Shown in pieces: positions 55,401-64,000 of a stretch of 64,000 nucleotides of DNA; the first letter of the stretch is position 1; the number at the start of each line of letters is the position of its first letter. Under the pieces are notes generated by a model, which saw only the letters and a program-made list of their open reading frames with translations, was not told where the DNA came from and made no database searches. Source of the stretch: the human T2T-CHM13v2.0 reference genome, Homo sapiens; assembly GCF_009914755.1 (NCBI RefSeq), contig NC_060926.1; one strand, written 5' to 3'. Position numbers and translations under genes: made by a program.

Positions 55401-56315
55401 TGTTCCTAATATCCATGTGGAAAGGGTATAAAGTTACTCCCAATATCTCAGGGGGTGTACAACCCCCTTGTGATATTGTTCCTAATATTCGAGGGAGAGA
55501 CAATGATATAGCTGTCCATATTGTAGGTGGTGTACAACCCCCTGGGAATTTGTTCCTAATATTCAGTGGGGAAGATGATATTAATTAAAATGTCACGGGG
55601 GGCATACACCCCCTTTGTGGTATTATTCCTAATATCCAGGGAAAGAAAGAATATTATTCCCAATATCGCAGGGGATGTACACCCCTCTTTGATACTGTTT
55701 CTGATATCCCTGGGGGAGTCTATAATATTACTGGCAAATCACAGGGAGTGTACATCCCCCGTTATATTGTTCCTTATGTCCAGCAAGGGAGAAAATGATA
55801 TTAATCCCAATATGGAATGGGGTGTACACACCCATGAGATATTGTTCCTAATATCCAGGGAGGGAAAGGATATTATTCCCAATGTTGCAGTGGTGTATAA
55901 CCCCCCCGTGATATTGTTCCTAATATCTAGGTGGGGAGAGTACAATATTACTCCCAATATAGCAGGAGTTGTATACTGCCCTTGTGATATTGTTCTCAAT
56001 ATCCATGGGGAAAGAAAATGATAGCACTCCCAAATATCACAGGAGGTGTACAACCCCGTGATATTGTTTCTAATATCCAGGTGGGGGGAGGATATTACTC
56101 CCAATATTGCACGTGTTGCACAGACCCCCTTTGATATTGTTTCTACTATGCAGGGGGTGGGGGGAGAAGATGATATTGGGAGTAATATCACCCTCTCTCC
56201 CCGGGTATTAAAAGCAATATTCAGGGTGGTTGACACCTCCTGCAATATTGAGTGTAATATTATCCTCTCCCAACCTGGATATTAGGAACAATATCACAGG
56301 GGCGTGTACACTCCC
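52478..56315. repeat. SATR1/SATR2-type satellite, right block (reversed to ~53494, forward to ~56172, reversed to end)
   Basis: Same ~73-bp unit, roughly 50 monomers. Confidence 0.9.
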
Positions 56316-58343
56316 TTCCTTTCACCATATACAAAAATCAACTCAAGACGGATGAAGGACTTACATAAGACCCTAAACTATAAAAACCCTAGAAGAAAAC
56401 TTAGGAAATATCATTCTGGACATAGACGCTGGCAAAGATTTCATGATGAAGATTCCAAAAGCAATTGCAACAAGAAGAATTGACGAGTGGGACCTAATGA
56501 AACTAAAGAGCTTCAGCACAGCAAAAAGAAATTATCAACAGAGAACACCCTACAGAACAGGAGAAAATATTTTCAAATTACCCATCTGAAAAAGGTCTAA
56601 TACTCAGCATGTATAAAGAATCAATAAGCAAAAAACAAACCCACTACAAATAGGCAAAAAACATGAACCCCCACATTCACCATCCTCAAGTCCGTGTGCA
56701 ACTTCTTCCTGGATGCTGGACAAGGACTTGGGTACCAAGGGCACTGAATGGGTTAACACTTAAGCTGTCTGTGGATTCTTTTTTCAAAAGATGACGTACA
56801 TGTGGCAAACAAGCATATGAAAAAATACTCAACATCACTAATCATCAGAAAATCAGAACCATGAGATACTATATCACTCCAGTCAGAATGGCTATTATTA
56901 AAAAGTCAAAACATAACAGACGGTGGTGAGCTTGCGGAAAAAAGGGAATGCTTATACACTGCTGGTGGTGATACAGACAGGAGGCAGGGAAATACTGGAT
57001 AGAAGAGGGCGGTTCCCTGGCAAAGCCCTGCCCACAAGCCTGGAAACCCATGGCCCTAAATGGGAACAGGCATTCCTGCTTTTGCACCCAAAAGTTGTCT
57101 TTCAGCTTACCATGCCCCTCTACCTTGTACCCATATAAACCCCAGACCCCAGGCTCCAGAAGCAGACAAGCCGATGAGGAGATGAACAGAAGAGCAGAAC
57201 TGCAGAATGATGTGGCAGAAAGAAGAGAAGGAGCATCTGAATGCCAAGAGGAGTTTGGCTGGCAGTGGTTGGAGAGATCAACCTCTGGATGGCAAAGCTC
57301 CTGGGGAAGATCATCTTCCCATTCCATCCCCTTTCCAGCTCCCCATCCATCCCATTGAGGGCCACCTCCACCACTCAATAAAACCCCCACACATTCACCA
57401 TTCTCAAGTCTGTGTGCAACTTAATTCTTTCTGGATGCTGGACAAGGACCTGGGTACCAAGAGGGCACTGAACGGGTTAACACTTAAGCTGTCTGTGGAT
57501 GACAAAGCTAAAAGAGTGCACTGTAACACATGCCCACTTGGGCTGTGGGAGTCGCAGGCACCCACCCCTAGACGCTACCATGGCCACTTGCCCTGGCTTT
57601 TGCACCTGCCTGTCTGCATGCTCTCCTGCCCAGTAGGGGTTTGACAGCGCACACGGTGGCCAGACAAGCCACACCCCTGTTGCACATCCTGCCAAGGGGA
57701 GTCAGGGAACTCTCCAGTTTCATCAGGAATGCAATTAGTTCAGCCACTGTGGAAAGCAGTTTGGAGATTTCTGAAATAACTTAAAACAGAACTACCTTTC
57801 AACCCAGCAATCCCATTACTGGGTATATACCCAAAGGAATATAAATCATTCTGTCATAGACATATGCACACATATTTTCATTATAACACTATTCACAACA
57901 GCAAAGACATGTAATCAACTTAGATGCCTGTTAACAGAAGACTAGATTAAAAAAAAAATACACCATGGAATACTACACACGTATAAAATAGGATGACATA
58001 ATGCCTTTTGCAGCAACATGAATCGAGCTGGAGACCATTATTCTAAGTGAATTAATGCAGGAACAGAAAACCAAACACACACTGCATGTTCTCACTTATA
58101 AGTGGGGGCTAAACATTGAGTCCACATATGTGGACACAAAGAAGGGAACAATAGACACAAGGTCTACTGTGGGTGGAGGGTGGGGGGAGAGTGAGGATCA
58201 AAAAACTCCCTATTAGATACTACGCTCACTACCTGGATGACTACGTAATCTTTACACCAAACCCCACTGACACACATTTTACCCACATAATAAACCTGCA
58301 CATGTACCCGCTGAACCTAAAATAAATGTTGGAAGGAAATAAA
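56316..58343 (+). mobile_element. Older L1PA/L1PB ORF2 end and 3'UTR, interrupted by an LTR
   Basis: ccatatacaaaaatcaactcaag...aaaaaccctagaagaaaac...aacctgcacatgtacccgctgaacctaaaataaa. Confidence 0.85.
56969..57722 (+). mobile_element. Solo ERV1-class LTR (MER50-like) nested in L1
   Basis: TG...CA termini (tgatacagacaggaggcaggg ... gggaactctccagtttca), TATA-like atataaa near 57133, AATAAA at 57378-57383. Confidence 0.75.
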
Positions 58344-60161
58344 GTTACAACCAACTCTTGTACTGTTGTGAGGAAACAATCATATGTGTTGACAAAAAAT
58401 CAACTACTAATAGATTTATAATAGTATATATGTAGCAGGAAAATATCAGATATAACCTATGTACCCAAAAGTATGACTTAAAAACAGCATGACAGTCTTT
58501 ATGAAGGGATATTGTGCAACTACCAGAAGCATATTTTCAGAGATTATTTATTAACATACGATAATGACTACATTGAGTGGTTTTTAGAAGCATGAATTGA
58601 AACTATGTACAAGCATGACTTTATTGAACTTACAAATAACATTACACACACATTTACATAATTATAAGTATGCTTATACGTTAATAATTTTTACTTATTT
58701 ATATTCATATGTAAGGCCAATAGGAACTAATCTCTATATCTGAGTGATTATTTCATAGATAATTTATGTTTGTTCTGTAAAAATATAAACACTGTTATGG
58801 CTCTTCCAAGTATCCTGAAAGGATACAGCTTATAATTAAACAACAACAATTTTAGAAATAATTATTTTAGATGAGGCTATGACGAATCTAGTTTCATTGC
58901 ACACTTTAACTTTGGAACATTTCATGAAGCGTCCCTTGATCACGACTCTCATATTCAGGAGTTTTTTGAGATCAAAATGGGACAATCAGTATGAATCCAT
59001 TTCTTAGACATGCAAATGGATAACTTCAAATAACAGTAGTGATTTAATCAGCGTGCACAGTTGCTCTGGGACAAAACTTGGAAATGAGCATATTTTTAGA
59101 TTCTTAATGTTTTACACACTTTAGCAGTCCACAGCACCATTACATACTTATTTTTCTACTAAAATACCTTGGTAGAAATTCACAGTAGAGATCAGGCTTG
59201 TCCTTCATACATTAACTAATCAAGTAGGAAAATGCAAATGAGAACACAGTGCCAAACATAGGCACCACATGGAAACAAGTATGAGGCTGTCAGGAAGCCA
59301 TTTTTGTAGCTTTGTAGCCCAATTATATTTTTCCTAATGTATTGCACACAAAACTTGGGGGAAAAAAAAGAGGCAGAGAGAAAACAGGTTCTATCAGCCC
59401 TGTCTCACAATCCACAAGTTCATCCTATCAGAGGAGGAACTATGTAAAACAAATTTTATTGATTGAATGTCCTATTTAATCGCAAAACTGTATGAGAACA
59501 CGCTTGTGACTTATTTAGCAGCTTGTTTGCTTTCCACTGGCTTCACGAGTGTCCTCTGGAAAAAGAAAGTACATTTGGAACCCTGTACACCTTTTCTTTC
59601 TCCAGTACCCTCTTCTCACTTCCATCACTAAGGTGATAGAAGCAACTAGGGGCAATGCATTTGTAGCACACCTGAGTCAGAGGTATCCGCCAGGGGAAGG
59701 ATCAGACCTGATTGAAAGCACGTCGTTGGAATTCGGAGGCTTCCAGTAGCTGTAACATAAACAATGATGTTTACTGTTCCCTGCCCTCCACTTTGATCAC
59801 TCTGGGAAACGTTTTTTTAAAAAATCAATTGTATTGAAACATAATTTACATAAAATAAATACTCCTATTTTAAAGTGCACAGTTTGCTGAATTTTGCCAG
59901 ATGTAACCTCCCAGGTGTATAAAATTGATTAAACTGATCTTTCAAATAATAAATTAACCTTGCAATCTTGTTAGAAATTTCATTTGCTCACAGTTTATTA
60001 TCCATTCTATGTACTGCTATATTCAATTGGTTATTATGTTTTAAGAACTTTTGAGTCTATGTTTATGAGGAATAAATATCAAAGTTGTATAATGCCTTTG
60101 TCTCGATTTAGAATCAGGGCAATACTGGGTTCATAAAATAAGGCAGTAAGGGTCCCTTTAA

Positions 60162-60472
<311 letters not shown>

Positions 60473-60516
60473 TTAAATTCTATTTCTTAAAAAGAGTCCG
60501 TTCAAGATTGGCATTA

Positions 60517-60861
60517 TAGATACTCCTCAACTTACAATGGGCTTGTCTTAATGAACTCATCCTAAATTGAAAATATTTTAAGTCTAAAACGCATTTAATA
60601 TATTTAACCTACTGAATATCATGACTTAGCCTCGCCTACCTTAAACTTGCTCAGAACACTTTTATTAGCCTACAATTGGGCAAAATCATCTACCACAAGG
60701 CCCATTTTAAAATATTGAGTATCTCATGAAATTTATTGAAAACTATTCTGATAGTGAAAAACTGGTCATATTGATGCTCATCATTAATGTACACACATGA
60801 AAGCACCATTATCAAGTCAAAAGAGCACAAGGTCAAACCACTGTAAGTTGAGGACTCTCTG
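60517..60861 (+). mobile_element. MER47A-like Tigger MITE
   Basis: ctcctcaacttacaatggg...gcctaccttaaacttgctcagaacac...gtaagttgaggactctctg. Confidence 0.75.
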
Positions 60862-62124
60862 TACTTTCTTAAATGTTTGATAGAATTCACCTAAGAAACC
60901 ATGCAGCCCGGAATTCTTATAGAAATTTTTAATTAAAAAAAATTCTTCAATACATAGAGAAGCTATTATTTCTTTCTTTTTGCATCAGTTTTAAGAATTA
61001 GTTTTACAAATAATTTCCCATGTTATTTGTCAAATTGTATTGGCCTAAAGTTTTCATAATTATATTGATGTCTATAGGTTCTGTAATTACAAACTATTTA
61101 ATTCCTGTTATCTAAATTTTGTAGCTTCTCTAATTTTTTTCTGTGATAAATCTTGCTAGCCATTGTTCATTAAAACATTTTTGTCAAAGAACCAATTTGT
61201 GGGTGTATTAATTAGCTCCACCTTTGGTTATTTGCTATGTTGTTGCTTTTTTATCTTTATCTCCTTCTTAATTTGGATATACTTTGCTCTTCATTTTTTT
61301 AGCTTTTTAAAAAAGAACCTAGAGGTCATTGATTTAAGCCTTTTATTTTCAATATTACATCTAAATTTACCTTTAAGAAATGATTTATCTGCATCCCATG
61401 TTTTAAGTTTTTAAAAATTTTTCTTTCAGTTTAAGCTATTTTGTGTGTGCGTGTGAAACTTTTCTTGGCCCATGAGTTTTTCTGAAGTATTTTGTAGCTT
61501 AATGTTCAAATGTTGGGGTATTATTTTATACATCCTAGTGTTGTCCATCTCTGGTTCATGAAACAATCCATGTTCTCCATTGCACTTAGTTGACATGTCT
61601 CCATGTCTCTGGAGAATTCCTCAGTCTTTGTAAAATGCTTTTGAAGAATACTGGCAGTTATTCTGTAGAACGCCCTTCCTCGATTTCAATTTGTCTGATG
61701 TTTTCTCATGATTAGGACTAAAGTTACACATTTTGTCTAAGAATACCATAGAACTGATGTTTTGTCCTACTCAGTGCATCATATAAGAAGTTACATGAAG
61801 TTCATTTACCTTATTATTAGTAATGTTAACTTTGATCACTTGGCTAAGGTAGCATCTCCACTTTGAAGTTACTATTCTGTAATTATCCTGTGGGAAGATA
61901 CTTTCATATTATGCAAATATGTTCTTTCCCAACATATATTCACCACTAATCTTAGCATCCCTCCAAGGTTCTTTCTTCCTACAATTACTATGATATTTGC
62001 AAAATGATGATTCTTGCATTTTATGTCTCCTACATTTAATAAAATCTTACTGTAATAAAATACTGCCCATTCTCCCCCTTTGGTTTATATTTAATGTATT
62101 ATTTATGTCAATATGGATTCATTA

Positions 62125-62424
62125 ATTTTTTTTTATTTTTGAGATGCAGTCTTGCTTTGTCGTCCAGGCTGGAGTGCCAAGGTGCGATCTCAGCTCACTG
62201 CACTTCCACCTTCCGGGATTCAAGCCATTCTCCTGCCTCAGCCTCCCAAGTAGCTGGGACTACAGGCATGTGCCACCATGCCCAGCTAACTTTTGTATTT
62301 TTAGTAGAAGCGGGGTTTCACCACACTGGTCAGGCTGGTCTCGAACTCCTGACCTCAAGTGATCTGCCCGCCTCGGACTCCCAAAGGGCTGGGATTACAG
62401 GCATGAGCCACTGCACCCGGCCTG
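62125..62424 (-). mobile_element. AluS-like element
   Basis: Antisense dimer. Confidence 0.88.
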
Positions 62425-62925
62425 GATTAACTGAAAATTTTCTTCTGTAGATTGTAATATATTACTATTGTTATTTATTTTATTGCCCCAATTTTCTCAA
62501 ATTTGGCTATGTAACTTTATTCAAAGTGGATTCTGTTTCCTTTTCACATTTTCCCCGTTTTGTATTTCCTTACTTTCTAGCATGACAAAATATTTCAAAC
62601 TAATCTTCTATTTTCCCTGCCTAATCCTGATGTCAAATATGTTCCCAAGGAGCCTTGGTTCCTTTAATTGGAGAATGGTTTTCTCATTGTTACTGGGATG
62701 ATGTTTCTAGGCCCTTTTGTTAGAGGAGCTAGAAAATGCATGTATGTATACTCACACATTTATACACATCTATATGTATACAATTATCCGTCTGTACATA
62801 TACTAAAAACAATGACTTCATATAATACTTTTGATTCCAATCCAACACTACAGGATGCATTATAGCCTTTCTCCTTCCCTTATTTGTAACTCCATGCTCT
62901 GATGGTAGAAAACCTGGCTCTCATC

Positions 62926-63412
62926 AGACCACCATCACGAACGTCACCGCTAACTATCCACGCTAGAAAGTTCATGACCAACAGACTACTTCCGAGGAAA
63001 CAAATGCTCACTGATGTCCTTCACCTCGGGAAGGCAACAGTGCCTAAGACAGAAATTCGGGGAAAACTAGCCAAAATGTACAAGACCACACCAGATGTCA
63101 TCTCTGTATTTGGATTCAGAACTAATTTTGGTGGTAGCAAGACAACTGGCTTTGGCATGATTTACAATTCTCTGGATTATGCAAAGAAAAATGAACCCAA
63201 ACACAGACTTGCAAGACATGGCCTCTATGAGAAGAAAAAAACCTCAAGAAGGCAATAAAAGGGAACGCCAAGAACAGAATGAAGAAAGTCAGGAGAACTG
63301 CAAAGGCTAGTGTTGGTGCTGGCAAAAAGCTGAAGGAGTAAAGGTGCTGCAATGATGTTATCTGTGGCCATTGTGGATTTTTCATGAGATTAATAAACCA
63401 AAAAGAAAAAAA
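62926..63412 (+). pseudogene. RPS24 processed pseudogene
   Basis: Intronless [46 protein letters not shown]; start codon ACG (62937), premature TAA 63256-63258; AATAAA 63392-63397, A-tail; 19-bp TSD agaaa(a/g)cctggctctcatc at 62907-62925 / 63413-63431. Confidence 0.95.
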
Positions 63413-64000
63413 AGAAAGCCTGGCTCTCATCCACAGTATATTTACATTTTGTTCAATCCTAGCATACACAAAATTTCACATTTGCAAACTCATACCCTTG
63501 TGAAAACACATTTGTAAACTATAGTGAAGTATTTGTGCAGTTTTGTCTTTAGCCTTAAAGATACAGTCAAGAACTCTTGCTTTTTTTAAGTTACTTTGTT
63601 TAGCTCTTTTGTGCCCCAATTCTGTGTGGTTCTAATAATAATTTGTAAGAGTTGAGTTCATTTGTTACTGTTTGTATTCCATTCCCCCATATCTGGTAAA
63701 TTTAAATTATTTATTTGAGGGCATGTGAAATATTATAACTCTTAAGAATTAGAGCTAAGAAAAATGCTCAGCAAAGTGTCATTCTTCCCTCTTTTGTGCT
63801 ATTGTTTCTATTACCCCATTCTTTCCACCCCATTCACACTCACCCTCTGTAGGTAAACAATCTGTTTCTGGATTTTATTTCCCTGTATTTATTTTGCACA
63901 AAAGATCATACATGCATATTTCCTTAAATCCTATCCTTTTCTACATGAAGCATAGTACACTATACATACTTTTTGCACTTTGCTCTTGCTTTTAACACTA

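Noticed and set aside
47922-56285. Repetitive hydrophobic ORFs (VILFLISRG...)
   Set aside because: Translations of satellite monomers on both strands.
47721-56315. CRISPR-like array of palindromic repeats
   Set aside because: Whole ~73-bp monomers repeat with no unique spacers, there are no cas genes, and the context is primate; it is a SATR-type satellite.
62902-63258. 118-aa RPS24-like ORF as a functional retrogene
   Set aside because: Native start mutated to ACG, frameshift near the start, premature stop; the upstream ATG is flanking sequence. Translation is not excluded but is unsupported.

Overview
Primate, almost certainly human, genomic DNA; the gene order is consistent with pericentromeric 2q11.1 (recognised from memory, not searched). 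The window is a segmental-duplication mosaic. From left to right: ANKRD20A-family exons 1-3 (minus strand) with a CpG-island promoter; a decayed SOWAHC (ANKRD57) copy; an unassigned 3'UTR-like block; a sharply bounded GC-rich block carrying an intact six-exon TEKT4 gene (1308-nt CDS, 435 aa); an unprocessed ASNS pseudogene fragment (three exons, minus strand); a SATR1-type ~73-bp satellite with three orientation switches and a rearranged three-piece NUMT inside it; an L1 with a nested LTR; and an RPS24 retropseudogene. Alu, L1, MIR, MLT and DNA-transposon remnants are scattered throughout. I see no evidence for a new protein-coding system. The most unusual signals are structural: satellite breakpoints that recur at the monomer's internal palindrome, short templated duplications at junctions, and pseudo-exons with intact splice sites that could form a transcript antisense to TEKT4.
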